A DNA stretch of 64,000 bases from Ruditapes philippinarum (GCF_026571515.1 NW_026854344.1:310001-374000); one strand, 5' to 3'. Counted from the first letter of the stretch, positions 38,745 through 52,559 are shown. Notes: generated from the letters alone by a model not told the origin. Made by a program: numbers and translations.

Positions 38745-41259
38745 ATTACGTATGTTTCATTTCGCAGAAAGTACATAAGACAATTAAGTGTGTTTTACAT
38801 CACAGAAAGTACAATAAGATAATGATGTGTGTTTTCACATCATAGAAAGAAGATAGCAGAAAATACATATGTACATGTAATACTCCAGTCAGACTACTGT
38901 ATAGCAGATTAAACAACCATCACAAAATACAAACTATTCTGACACTTTTACATTCTTTAGATTTATATCATGTTACTGAAAGATGATAAAATCACATATA
39001 TCAAACATTATCTAGCATGGTTTATAATTTCATAAAAAAAACCATGCAAAGCAAAACTGAGCCGTTTTAAAGATGACAAAATTTAAAAGATAGAATTAGT
39101 AATGCTTGCGTTAGGGTAAAATCGTTTTAAGTAAGGAACATTAAACTTGTATTCAAATTTCTTAACTGTATTTTAAAGCTGTTACTCATGATTTAATCGT
39201 ATTCCTCCTCAATAAAGATGACTCAAAATATGATTTACTTCATACAGATGTGGAAAGATAAACATTATAAGTCTTGAAATCTTATATTTGATAATGTTTT
39301 TTTTTTTGCTGACTGAAATTAAATTTCAAAAGTTTTTGTTGCGGAAAATTAACAGTTAAAACTAGTTTTGCATTGTAGTAGTACATGCCCATTCACTTTT
39401 CATAACTGTCCTGATTTACTTGCGATACTTGCATTTTTCAGCTGACCCATTAAAAAATGTTCATAATAAACACTAAGATAATTATTTGGCAGAATGGACT
39501 TAATACATTTAATGTACAAAAAATCATGTTTTTTGACATGCCAAATTGGTTTAAACATATTTATTAAAGCTTGATTGCGAAACAAGTTCTTGTGACTTAT
39601 ATTAATCTTTTTCGAGTCCGCGTCCTGGAACTAACCAGTGCTGGTGTCATATAAAGAAACATGGTCGTGACCCGATTATGGCTCAAACCTATGATCCCTG
39701 GTTGAGAGGCAGACACCTTAACAATGCCAAATTTTAATTGTATGATATATAAGCTTTTCCGTTTCTTCTAGAAATCATTTTGTTTATTCTACTTGTATTA
39801 AAGATACTGTAGATGTATCAGCACTTTTCCAGGGATTACATTATACATCTGTTCACCTTTAATCTAGTAATGAAAAGGTCATCAAGTACAGTAATTTATC
39901 TGAGATGTTAATCTTTCTTAGCAATCTAATGCTTAATTAATTCTGGTCAAAACATGTCTTCCTGTCATATTTTTGTAAACAGCAGGAAAAAAAAAAGATT
40001 ATTTATACTTACATGTTTTCATTTTTATCTGAGCATATAATTAATATCTTCAATAAAAAACACATTTAGAGAAAGCTGTGGATGACAGAATAAACATTTG
40101 TCCAGAAATCATGTCTTACCATTATTCCCATCAACTTTTATCATTTTATTAGCCTGACCAATCATAATTAAGCTTTTTTTTCATGTTAGCCAATCAGAGG
40201 TCTTGATATATTTACTGCTCGTCACTGCAGTACTCTGTAATAGGTAATGTCCTTGACGGTGGCATATAAAGTTTCTGTTTTGCTTGTCAGACGTTCTGGC
40301 AGAGGAATCATAACACATTGTATTCATTGTTCCATGAGGCTTGGGACAGGATATCTGTACTCGACACAACAAAAACACTCTTAGTATTGGTCCTATAATA
40401 TCCATTTCTTCTCATAATTTAATACATATCCAGATTTTTATCTCTCTGAACTTATAAAATTCAATTTGTTTGCTATACAGGTGTTCCTAGATTTTCAGCA
40501 CAACAACTGTGCAAGCAGTTTTTAATACAAAACTATTAATAATTTTTTGGCAAGGAAATTGCTATATGTATGTACTCTTTGTTGTTATATTAATGCTTTT
40601 CCAGTCTGTTAGTGATAATATGTAAACCCCCTCTTGTTACCTTTTCGTCTAATAGAAAACAAAGCTTGTAGTCTCATTACACATTATTTTTTATGACAAG
40701 TATGATGGTAGGAATCTTTCGGGGGATAGATGGTTTTCAGGATTAGCTTATTTGCTAGAAGATTGGAACTGACTTAGTGCTCCACGTTTTCTTTCCCCCC
40801 TCCTCTTTTCTACTTGTGTTTCGATTCAGTGTGTATAGTGTGCTTGTGAAGACATTTGAGTCTCTGAATTTTTGGTGAGTGAAAAAAAAAATTGGATTTT
40901 AATCATAATATTGACTATTAATTAATTAATCAATCGAAAGTGGATTATATTTAATATGTTATTTTTTTTAAATTTGGTTTTATCTCAATGCAAGAAGATT
41001 ATTTAATTGAATTAAAAGATAATTTTTAACAAAATATTAAAAAATGGATTACTTCTAAATGGAGTTTTTTCTTTAAAAAAAATGGGTGTATTAAGGAATG
41101 ATAAAATAGAATTGTTGAATTTATTTTAAAAAACAGTGTGCTGTTGGATACTTGGTGCAAGTAGACCATTCACTGGGAATATTAATGCTGTAACACATTG
41201 ATCAGGAGTATATGTTTTTAGATCTTATAATTTTTACTGAAATTATATTTTGCCATTAA

Positions 41260-41571
41260 AGGAACTCCACTGAGGTCCAAAAGTCTAAAAAAAAAAAAAT
41301 TTCTTACATAGATCAGCTGGCGAACTTTAATAGAAATATTTATTAATGATTATTGAGAAAGAAATACTTTTAAAGCCATAATTTTGTGCTTATCTTTCAT
41401 GCAAATGCTTTTCACTTGTACATGTATGTCATTTTCTATTGGAAAAACTGAGAGAGCGCATGATCTAGAATTTTGCATACAACTTAGTCTAGACCTACAT
41501 CAAATGGAACATAAATTTTGAAAAAAATATTTCCAGTCCAGTTATGTCATAAAAACCTCAGTGAAGTCCCT
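41260..41571. mobile_element. TTAA-targeting MITE (Kolobok-like); fragments at ~21370-21460, ~22515-22628 and ~42533-42600
   Basis: TTAA|AGGAACTCCACTGAGG ... CCTCAGTGAAGTCCCT|TTAA. Confidence 0.85.
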
Positions 41572-41868
41572 TTAACCTGCTAAATTTCTTTAATGGAGTT
41601 GCCTTGTTTTAAATATGGGATGGCTCGTTTGAAGTATAGGAATTTCAGTATCAAAATTCCATGGGTATAGAGCCTGGACAGGATGCATTGATGTACAGGC
41701 TGGTCGGGCTCTATAGTGATTGACAAAGGCTTATTTGTTGCAGATTAAGTGTTAAACTTTTTTTTTTTGTCATTGAGTTGCTTTAATTATTTCTGCAAGT
41801 CATTTTGATCAGAAAAACACATTGAGCAGGTAAAACTTTGAAATCATAGGGGACAGGATAGTCCTTAA

Positions 41869-42459
41869 AGGGCCAGTTACACAGACGGTCCGTCCCCAAT
41901 CGGTCATTTAATTATAAATTTACTCGCTGTTATGATCGGTTGTCATGCATGATTTTATTTCTGGTTTTTATGTGTAAACGGCCATCGGTGACAGAAAGCA
42001 AACTCAAACGGGGTTGGATCGGTGATAAAAATGCTGAAATACTATCGGTTTTTATCGTTTGTAAATCGGAGCTAAATCGGGCGTAACGCTGATGGTGTTT
42101 GATAGCTAGTCATCAGAGGTTAAACACTTTCCGTCAGATATGGCCGGTAATTCATATTTGGTTATCTTTGTCCGATCGGCGATATCGGTGATTAAGAGCT
42201 TGCCTATCTCGTGATATAAGTTGCTGTCGGTTATTAAAATTTTGTAAAATATTTTCACCGATCGAGAATTTTAAACATGTTTAAAAATCCCAATCTGTAA
42301 TTTTTCGCCAATAAAACTTATCTTTCCCCAATAGTTGATAGGTGGAAAACAGGTGACCAATCAGGTGATATCGGTGTTTAATACGTTGTCATGGGTTCAC
42401 TCCATGATTTGGCTAAAAAACTACCGATCAATCACCGATGGCTCTGTGTAACTGGGGTG
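41869..42459. mobile_element. MITE with 13-bp core IR and many ATCGGT subterminal motifs
   Basis: CCAGTTACACAGA (41873) / TCTGTGTAACTGG (ends 42455); outermost bases asymmetric (aggg vs ggtg). Confidence 0.75.
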
Positions 42460-42959
42460 TAATACTGACAAAATAACTATCTTTTTTCTGTATGAAAACT
42501 GAATTTTATATTTTGAAAGTAATAGTCAGCATTAAAGGGACTCCACTGAGATTTTTTGACATTGTGGGACTGGAAATATTTTTTCGAGATAAATGTTCCA
42601 ATTCAATATGTGTATGATTTATGTATCCATTGAAGAAATTCTGTAGAAATAATAAAAGAAGATATTTATATATTTACATTATAATTTAAGACATCTCAAT
42701 TCATTTTGATATATTAGAATAGTATGTTGACATATTACTTGTTTTAATGATATATCATTATTGTAGTTTATGTAATGTTGAGTGTCAATATAAGTTACTG
42801 TTCTTGATGAACAGATGTTTAAACATTTACAATGACAATTTTGATAAAGTAATTGCTTAAATATGTTAGTATAATATGTCAAACATCGAAACATCATTAT
42901 CAAGTTAAACAAAAAGAAAAGAAAAGAAAGAAAGTTTTAAACCAAATTTTGAAAATAGG

Positions 42960-44110
42960 CCAACTTAACAACAGAACTCAGACATAAGAAATAAAGCAAA
43001 AAAGAAACACATTTGATTTAGAAATAAAGCAGACACAGACATGAAAAAAATACACATTTCAAAATGACTAGGCTTAAGAAATTTTATATAAAACAAAGAA
43101 ACAGACATAAATAAAACAGACCATTAAAAATAACTGAAGCAAAGAAATGACAAAACTTAAGAAACAGACATAATGAATGAAACAAAGAAAAAGACATTAA
43201 AAAATAAAGCCATGAAACAGACATAAGAAATTAAGTAAAAAACAACAACCAAGAAACAGACATAAAAAATTAAGTAAAAAAAAAACAACAACCAAGAATC
43301 AGACATAAATTAAGTTAAAAAAACACCTACAAACAGACATAAGAAATAAAGCAAAAAAAAAAAAACAACAACAAAGAAACAGAGATAAGAAATTAAGTAA
43401 AGAAAAAAAAACCAAAGAAACAGTCATAAGAAATAAAGATAAAAAAAACAACCAAGAAACAGACATAAGAAATTAAGTAAATAAAAAAAAACAACCAAGA
43501 AACAGACATAGGAAATAAAACAAAGAAATGACAGGCTTAAAAAACAAGGCAAAGAATCAGTTTAAAGGGGAAAGTAAACAAAGAAAAGAAGTTAAAAAAT
43601 AAAGCAAGAAAAAGGCATAAGAAATAAAATAAAGAAACAGACATAAGAAACAAAGCGTTAAACAGACATAAGAAATAAACTAACAAAATAAAGCCAGGAA
43701 ACAGACATAAATAAAAAAAATATATGACAGGCTTATAGAAGTAAAGCAAGAAAAGACAGGCTTTAGAAATAAAGCAAAGAATCAGATTTAAGAAATAATA
43801 CAACTGAAGATTTAACTAACTTAAGAAATAAAGCAGAGAAACAGACTTAAGAAACAGAGCAAAAGAAATGACAAACTTAAGGAATAAAGCAAAAAAAAAT
43901 AAACATATTAAAGGAATAAAGCCAAGAAACACACATAAAATATAAAGCAAATAAAATAATAGTCATAAGAAATAAAACAAAAAAAACAAACAAACAAAAT
44001 AATCAACAAATGTCTGATACAAGTAAAGTAAAGCAAAAGAAAAAGACATCAGAAATGCAGCAAATAAATAGATATAAGAAATAAAAGCAAATTATCAAAC
44101 ACAAGAAATA
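42960..44110. repeat. Degenerate A-rich minisatellite (aagaaacagacataagaaataaagc)
   Basis: Recurring cagacataagaaat core with variable A runs. Confidence 0.85.
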
Positions 44111-44112
44111 AA

Positions 44113-44322
44113 GGAAGCGTAGCTAAGTGGTTGACACGTCAGACTAGTAATCTAAGGAATGCTGGCAATGTGTGTTTAAACACATCAGGGGCAAGCTGTT
44201 TTTTTTTCATGAGCAAGAAACTTTACACTCATTGCTTAGTACTTTTTGGTTCCAGAGAGGGATTCGAGAGTGTTTCAATAAGCTTATAGCTTCCAACACA
44301 ATAAAACTAAAATAAATTTGTA
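44113..44322 (+). mobile_element. CORE-type tRNA SINE (family B); further decayed copies at ~45400-45555 and ~51590-51720
   Basis: gtagctaagtggtt A box; tgagcaagaaactttacactcattgcttagtact core. Confidence 0.75.
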
Positions 44323-46327
44323 TGACTAAACAAGGAGTAGGAACCTGATTTCAGAAACAAAACATTAAAGCATCTTGGCATTGAACCTCTTGGTGAAAAG
44401 GGTGATGAAACTACTGACAATATGACTAAATGTGAGGGATTGAGGAGGATTGACCTTACATGAAAGACTGAGCAAACAATCATTTTAGCTAAAGAATGAA
44501 ACAAAAGTAGACATTAATGCCAGGGACATCTTGAGTCAATCTACTTTGCTTGGTTAGGAATTTTGGCTTGCCTAGTTATTTGTTGTTTTCCTTGAAGATA
44601 TGTTCTGCATTCATCAAGGACTTAATTGACAGCATTGTGTCTGACATAAACCTAAACTCTCATTTATTCTTCCAGAGAAATGAATTAGCTGTTACTTGTC
44701 CCTAAGGGTACTAAGCTGTAAATTCCTTGATAACTGCTACCTGGATATATATTCCAGAAGTGTATTGATAAAAGCAGTAAAATATGTAAAAGATAAGCTG
44801 CTTATAGAAGCCCTGCACATCTGAACTGCAAACATTTTGTTATATATGCTCATAATATATGACAGAAAGCAAGATTTTATTACTCCTTTCAGATACATAA
44901 ATTGATATTCACTGGTCTCATTTCCCTGAGTTTTAAGACCACCTTTGTTAAGTGACCATTTTCCTACAGTCACATTCCCATTATAAAGGTAGTGAAAACT
45001 GTAAAAATAGAAATCATCTTCATTTAATACCATCAATATTCTTCAATCTTTTTATTATTCTTTTCAACAAACTAAAGCTTTATATCTGGTACCAGTAGTT
45101 CATAAAATTTTGTTTTGACATTCTATTAAACCAGACCTTTCAAAATATTCTGTTTTGGATATGTAATAGTTCTAACGATTAAGAAGATACTTAATTGTAC
45201 AGAACATTATACGTTACGTCAAATGTATGATCAGTCAAATGTTGTTAGAACATACTTATGTTACAACTTTTTTGGGAATTGATCATCTGATTATTGATAC
45301 AACATATTTTTACTGTTTATTGATTTTATAAAAATATTTCATTAGATATAGTTTTGTACCCTCAGTAAACATTGTTCAGCAAACTTGTTCCGGCATAGCT
45401 GAGTAGGACATCACTAGCTGTGTGGGTTCAAAACCCAGTCAAGTTCCTTGAGCAAGAAACTTTAAACTTGTTGGTTCCATGAACAAATTCAAGAGTATGT
45501 CTTTATAACAAGCTTTGCCTTCCTACACAATGGATCTAAAATAAAATTTATATAAATGGCATATTATACATGTATGTTGACAGCAATGTTGTACCCTTAG
45601 CAAGAACTTTAGAATAGAATGCACATAATAATTCTGCAAATCTTCAATAACAATCCCAAGATTTATATTTATCATGATGCCTGGGGAGATAATTAGTTGG
45701 AGTTAGGATAGTAATAATTCTACAGTAATTGATACAATATGTGTAGTGTGTACGAACCAGTCTGTACCACTGTACTTGTCTACATTATTCATACCTATCT
45801 TTGGGTATTGTTCTGTATACAATTAGGGTTATATTTTTATAAATGTTTGTAATATAATATCAAAGCAAAAGAAAACTTTGTTGTTTTTTTCATACATGAT
45901 TTGAAATCGAATCAAAACACCATATCAAAATTGTCAACATTACAAAAGTACATGTAGCATTGATAGAATTCTTAAAAAAACAAGTGGTCTGTTTGATCAT
46001 TTTTACACAAATTAATGAAATGACTTTTTTAAATATATCTATTTTGACTTGTCAGTTTTGTCATATTTTGTCCAAATATGACTTACCAACAAAGTTAAGA
46101 CAGTATAAGCAAAATTTAATAATTTGACCTTGACAGTCAACATCATTTTTAAAGGTCAAGGTCATATTTGAATTATTCAACATGTTTTTTACCTGTAATT
46201 CAGATACTTTAGTTTAGGCTTAATGAAACCAAGAAAAAAAAACTTGGATATGTATGTCAAAACAAACTCAGTAAAATTCACAGTAAAATATTAACAGTTC
46301 ACTTACTCATATCATATTGAATCTTTA

Positions 46328-46830
46328 AAATGTCAAAAGCTAGCCACTTATCATGTCATGTCTAATCAAAGTTAAAAACTAGACATTGATTCTTCAAAGA
46401 TATTCTCATTTCATATTGTTTCTTAAAATATCAAAAGTTAGCCTTTTATTCATGCCATATTTTGTAAATGTCAAAAACTAGCCACTAATTCATGTCATAA
46501 TCTGTAAATGTTAAAAGGTTGATCACTTAATCATGTCATATTCTGTAAATATCAAAAGCTAGCCACTTATTCATGTCATAATGATAATCTGTAAAATGTC
46601 AAAAGGTAGCCACATATTCATGTCATATTATGTCAATGCCAAAAGCTAGCCACTTATTCATGTCATTTTCTGTCAATGCCAAAAGCTAGCCACATATTCA
46701 TGTCATATTCTGTCAATGCCAACAGGTAGCCACTTATACATATCATAATGAATATTTAAAATGTCAAAAGCTAGCCACATATTTATATCATATTCATTCT
46801 GCAAATGTCAAAAGTGTACCACTTATATTG
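46328..46830. repeat. 40-bp minisatellite (aatgtcaaaagctagccacttattcatgtcatattctgt..), ~12 units
   Basis: Period 40 (46631 to 46671). Confidence 0.88.
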
Positions 46831-47048
46831 ACTTCTAAATATGATAAAGTTGGTTATTCATCAATTGTCAATTGCTGGCCTCTTTATTTAGATCATTTTG
46901 ACCGTTTCCAATGTATTATGCCCTATTTAGCCTAAAACTGTAAAACTCTGTTACTTGATAATTGTGGTTTATACATGTAACTGGATTTAATTTATAGAAT
47001 TGAATTCATTACTCTTTTTGTTTTGCATGTGTGTTTTGTGCATGGTAG

Positions 47049-47150
47049 AAATAACTATGGTGGAACTAAGTCAGCAGATGAAATTCATGCAAGTGTCCAG
47101 GAACGTCTAGCACGTCGCAGGAAGGAACGAGACGAAAGAATGGCTAACAT
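47049..47150 (+). CDS. Host gene coding exon 2 (102 nt, phase 2-2): (E)NNYGGTKSADEIHASVQERLARRRKERDERMAN
   Basis: tag acceptor after a TG-rich tract, AT|GTATGC donor, open frame in phase with exons 1 and 3. Confidence 0.85.
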
Positions 47151-47329
47151 GTATGCATGTCTTGTTTGGTTTGTTGCATGAGTTTTTATTCTTTAATCAC
47201 AACAAAATTGTAAGAGGCCTTGACAATAACATTATTAGAAAGAAATATTTTTCTTCCTTTCTTTGAAAAAACAACAAACATTAGAAAATAATGTGAAGAA
47301 ATAATGTTAGACAAGGTTAAGACAGAAGC

Positions 47330-48635
47330 CTTTTGTTGATAATCAGTGTTAGATAATGTTGCTTGACAAGGTTAGTACCCTCTGTAAACAACCAGTGAAA
47401 TACAATGCTAGGCAGGGTAACTTCTTAGAACAACCAGTGCAAAACAATGTTAGGAAAGGTACCCTCTGTTAACAACTAGTGCTAAATAAGGTTAGGTGAG
47501 GTACTCTCCATAAATAACCAGTGCTAAAAAGATCAGGCAAGGTACCTTCTGTAAACAACCAGTGCTAAAAAGATAAGGCAATGTACCCTCTGTAAACAAC
47601 CAGTGCTAAAAAGATAAGGCAAGGTACCTTCAGTAAACAGCCAGTGCTAGAAAGATAAGGCAAGGTACCTTCTCTAAACAACCAGTGCTAAAAAGATAAG
47701 GCAAGGTACCTTCTGTAAACAACCAGTGCTAAAAAGATAAGGCAAGGTACCTTCTCTAAACAACCAGTGCTAAACAAGGTTAGACAAGGTACTCTCTGTA
47801 AACAACAAGTGCTAAAAATATAAGGCAAGGTACCTTCTGTAAACAACCAGTGCTAAAAAGATAAGGCAAGGTACCTTCTGTAAACAACCAGTGCTAAAAA
47901 TATAAGGCAAGGTACCTTCTGTAAACAACCAGTGCTAAAAAGATATAGCAAGGTACCCTCTGTAAACAACCAGTGCTAAAAAGATCAGGCAAGGTACCTT
48001 CTGTAAACAACAAGTGCTAAAAAGATAAGGCAAGGTACCTTCTCTAAACAACCAGTGCTTAAAAGATAAGGCAAGGTACATTCTGTAAACAACCAGTGTT
48101 AAAAAGATAAGGCAAGGTACCCACTGTTAACAACTAGTGTTAGACTAGGTGAGGCAAGGAACCCTCTGTAAACAACCAGTGTTAGACAAGGTTAGACGGG
48201 ATATGCGCTGTTTGCAACCAGTGCTATTCAAGTTAAGGTCAAGGTACCCTCTATAAACAGCAAGTACTAGACAAGGTTAGGCAAAGTACCCTCTGTAAAC
48301 AAACAGTGCTTGAAAAAGTTTTATGGCAATGCACCTTCTGTAAACCACCTGTGTTAGGCAAAGTTAGGCAAGGTACTCTCTGTAATCAACCAGTGTTGGA
48401 GAAAAATAAGCAAGGTACCCTCTTAAAACAATTAGTGCTAAGCAAGGTTAGGCAAGGTACCCTCTGAAAACAATCAGTGCTTTACAAGGTTTAAGACAAG
48501 GTACCCTTTGTAAACAACCAGTGCTAGACAAGGTAAGGCAAGGTACCTTCTGCAAACAAGTGCTTGACAAGGTTAGGGAAGGTACCCTCTGTAAACATCC
48601 AGTGTTAGGTAAGGTTTAAGGCAAGATACCCTCTT
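47330..48635. repeat. 41-bp minisatellite (AAGGCAAGGTACCTTCTGTAAACAACCAGTGCTAAAAAGAT), ~32 units
   Basis: Period 41 (47521 to 47562); homogeneous centre, diverged edges. Confidence 0.95.
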
Positions 48636-49517
48636 TAAATCAATTTTTACCTGCCTTTAATAACAATTATTAATATATTCAATATGAGATTTTTTATCAA
48701 ATCTTAAGGGATTGAATTATTGCATGAATAAGATAAAAAGGAACACAGTTTTAGGAATAATTATCATAACAGCAGTATGCCCATGTGTGGCAAACAAGAT
48801 AGAGAGAATCTTTCAAGACTTTGTAAATTGGATTCAAATAGTCAGAATTATCAGTTATAATTGATAGGCAGTTTGAAACTATTTTGAGTTTCAAGTTTTG
48901 TGCAAAAAAAATTGTTTAAATCATTTTATCTGTTACTGTAATTGAAATGATAAACTGTATGTAAACAGATTTCAACTTTGCTGCCTGTAAAACATATTTT
49001 CCTAGTCTGTCTGTAAATTATACATTTCACATAAATGTTCTTTTCCCTGACTGCCAGTTTCCATGCAAAAAAAACTAGAAGCTTATAACTTAAGGTACTT
49101 CACTTATCTGTAAACTGGTTACACATTATTAATACTGAAGTCAAAGGATGTATAAACATATAGAAAACATCAAAAGATATATGATTGTAGGCAGACATCT
49201 GAAAAATTGTTTCATGCATAAACATTGTAGTTATATAAATAGACTAACATACCTGGTAAAATCATTATATTTGTTTGTTATTATCTTAGAATAGATACAT
49301 TCTTTTGTAATATTAGCCAGGAGTAGCCAGAATGACCTGAATTTTGAAGATAATTTCTTTCATCTCTGGCACCTTTCTGTTTAACTCTTTATCCTTGAAA
49401 ATGATTCTTGTCCATCTTTCAGTATTGCCAAAACCATTCATTATATTTAGGAAAAATTTCAGAATATGTGCTGATTGATCTATCAAACAGTGCAGACCAT
49501 GATCAGATGGCATGGGG

Positions 49518-49740
49518 TTGAAGCTTCACAATGTAAGGGTTGCATGGGAGGGGGTATTTGAAGCTTCACAATGTAAGGGTTGCATGGGAGGGGGTATTTG
49601 AAGCTTCACAATGTAAGGGTTGCATGGGAGGGGGTATTTGAAGCTTCACAATGTAAGGGTTGCATGGGAGGGGGTATTTGAAGCTTCACAATGTAAGGGT
49701 TGCATGGGAGGGGGTATTTGAAGCTTCACAATGTAAGGGT
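49518..49740. repeat. Perfect 40-bp tandem repeat, ~5.5 copies, G-run rich
   Basis: aagcttcacaatgtaagggttgcatgggagggggtatttg identical at 49521, 49561, 49601, 49641 and 49681; partial copy at 49721. Confidence 0.97.
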
Positions 49741-52009
49741 CTCTGAGAAAGCCCTTGTAACTCATTATTGATAGAAAGGTTACTAATTTATTGCTTGATT
49801 ACTTTAAAATAGCAGTTGAAAACCTTTTTCTCATGATACTATGTCATACATATTAGCTTAAGTTTAAGATTATTGCCAGCACATTTTAAAACAGAATGTC
49901 AAAGGTCAAATAATGGAATAAAATTATAGCTTTTAAAAGAAAGAATAAAATAATCTTAAGGCATATTGTATGCCAGTTCTTAGGTTGAAGGTCAAAGGTT
50001 GTGGAGAAATTTAATAGGGTCAAAGGCTTGCAGTTTTATAATCGAAAATCATTTCCGGTTGGATGATTGATAATGGTCAGAAATTGGATTCCATAAATTT
50101 TGTTTTATTTGGTTATAATTCCTTTGTATACTTCAAGTAATATTTTGATGTTTTAAAAACAGTGTATATTCATATCTTCGAACAGCAAAATTTTGTTTAA
50201 CGTTAAGGTACGTTTATATTTAGTGATATTTCATAAGTAAACCTTGTAAAAGTGGAAATATATATAAAACATAAAATACTTATTAATATACCTATAAGCT
50301 AACAGATATTAAATAATCAAATAAACATTTTTGTATGGTTATCATTCTGAAGAACAGAAAACAGGTATTATAAATATAAATCATTCATAGAAAATGTATG
50401 CCTTAATATATAGGAATTATAAATCATTCATAGAAAATGTATGCGTTAATACTTTACAGTTTTCATTTGTTTTCAAACAGAGCACCATGAAATCTGTACA
50501 TCAGTAATAACAATTTACTATAGAGTTATGGCCCTTTGCCAGTGTTACCATAGCGACGCAAAATGTAGATGATTTAAATTTCTTTGCTTTGTGGGTTCTT
50601 AACTAACCTTAGAATAGCATGTTGTGTACAGAAAACTACAAAAGCTCGCAAAAAAAGTACATGGCACAATCCCAGGTATTCTAAACGCTTTCAAAAATAT
50701 CACGAATCATCCGAAAATAGTGTCTTAACATTGATAAAACAAGAGATAAATTATTTACTGATCTGATCGTTGATTTCTATACTTCATTTCTTCAGTTGTT
50801 GTCAAAATTGGGGTTTCCACGTGGTAAGCTAAAAAAAAAAAAAAAACTCGCTAATCATCAGATAGGTTGAAATATTACAATTTCGATAATTTTGGTTCAT
50901 TTTAGTTAATTGAGTTAATAATGCTAAATTCCGTAGTGAAAATTGATTGACAAAAACAGTGCTGAAAGTTAAAACAATAAATGATATGTACAGTATGTGC
51001 AAATGTATGTCAACTTATGATTATTTTTGAAAACATTTCAGTTTTGATAAATACATGGTTTTTAGGTAAAAAAAGCAGTTAGCAATACATATTTCAAGGA
51101 TTGAAAGAAACATTTTATATTGCTTAATCAAAAAAGAAAAAAACAAAACAAATAACAATAACAACAAACAACAAAGGAAACTTCTCCACCCAATTTCCTC
51201 TAATAGAAACTATACAAACAAAACAAATATTTGAATGAAAGCATAATGATGTAAATTATCCAGCTGTTGTTTGCACATAATATTGCATGACATTTTTATA
51301 TCTTCCTGCGTTGTTGTTGTCAGAAAACAGACTTCTTCACTCACAAACTTTATGCTTTGTTTAGGAATTTGACAAAGTAGCGAAACAACAGCCCTCTCGT
51401 TTAATGATCTAGAATAGAATTAATATGGTATAAAATGTCAAATTATCAAAGTAATTTCAGTGGGTACTTAAAATGATGTGCATAATGAAAATTGGGATGA
51501 AATAGGAAGTTATTCCTGGATTTAATGTCTTTCTTTGCAATAGATTGTAGATGTATTAAACCTGTTTGACTCATAATCTAAATATTGCTGGGTTTGAAAC
51601 CCCTTCATGGTCAGTCCCGGCAAGGTACACTAAGTGCAAAGTACTGGTTCAATGGTTCCTGGGAATGGATTTTGTGTGTCTTATAGCTTCTCACACAAGC
51701 AAATTAAAATAAATTCTGAATAAGGTAAACCCCAATGGACAAAATTTAATACCCACCCTGTAAACTTTACATTATTACATTAGCAGATATTGACCCAGGG
51801 GCAGGGTAGGTGGGGGATGGGCTTAAATGAGGTTTTGATTTCAAGATTCTTATTTTTACCAAGGATATTTCCGTTGGTTTCCTTTAACTTTTTGATAGTT
51901 TGTTTTTTGTGTGAAGTTTTATGTAGCAAAGATTGTTTTATTTAGTCGTGTAGTGGTGTGATGCAAAATAACTGTTTGATGATAACCTGTGTGAATTTCC
52001 TGTGTTTAG

Positions 52010-52087
52010 AGCCGCCAGTGTCGCAACGGTGAATGGAGAAGACGACCTTGAACGTAGAAGGAGAGAGAGAAGAGAACAGCGTCTAAG
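52010..52087 (+). CDS. Host gene coding exon 3 (78 nt, phase 2-2, GC donor): (I)AASVATVNGEDDLERRRRERREQRL
   Basis: tttcctgtgtttag acceptor; AG|GCAAGG donor gives the phase needed by exon 4. DDLERRR resembles the caldesmon N-terminus (recalled, not searched). Confidence 0.8.
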
Positions 52088-52108
52088 GCAAGGCTATAAT
52101 ACCGATAT

Positions 52109-52289
52109 GAGCCGCGTCACAACAAAACCAACATAATGGTTTGCGACCTGTTCGCTTACAAATCCTATTACAAGTAGAGAAACTGATAGCGAACAGCATG
52201 GATCCTGATCAGACTGCGCGGAGGCGCAGTCTGGTCTGGATCCATGCTGGTCGCAAACCCACTATGTTGGTTTTGTCATGACGCAGCTC
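52109..52289. mobile_element. Palindromic MITE with GAG..CTC termini and 4-bp TSD ATAT (Sola-like), internally deleted
   Basis: ATAT|GAGCCGCGTCAC..ACAAAACCAACATA..GGTTTGCGACC ... GGTCGCAAACC..TATGTTGGTTTTGT..TGACGCAGCTC|ATAT. Confidence 0.85.
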
Positions 52290-52559
52290 ATATATTCTTT
52301 TATATTTAATAGTTTTGATTTTTGTGTGATTTACTGAAACATTAACAGAATTGCTAACATAACTATTTGGAATTTGCTGTGGTGTTTAACCCTTTACCAT
52401 GCCCTATATCTTATGCAAATGTCCCATCTTTCATTCTGGATAAAACTATTCATCATATTTTGTGAAAATTTCAAAATATGCATATTATGTATTAGGGTAT
52501 GTTGAAACAGTTGTCATAAATAAGTTGCCTTTTTCCCCCAATTCTAACACTTACTGCTA

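Noticed and set aside
1429-44322. tRNA genes at the A/B-box sites (1429, 25667, 28156, 44113)
   Set aside because: No complete cloverleaf; each continues into a SINE body and tail, two with clear TSDs.
11873-48635. CRISPR-like appearance of the 24-49 bp partly palindromic arrays
   Set aside because: Units are head-to-tail without unique spacers, no cas genes are present, and the context is a eukaryotic intron.
50544-50557. Near-perfect X-box GTTACCATAGCGAC
   Set aside because: Isolated and embedded in what looks like a decayed transposon fragment; no support for function.
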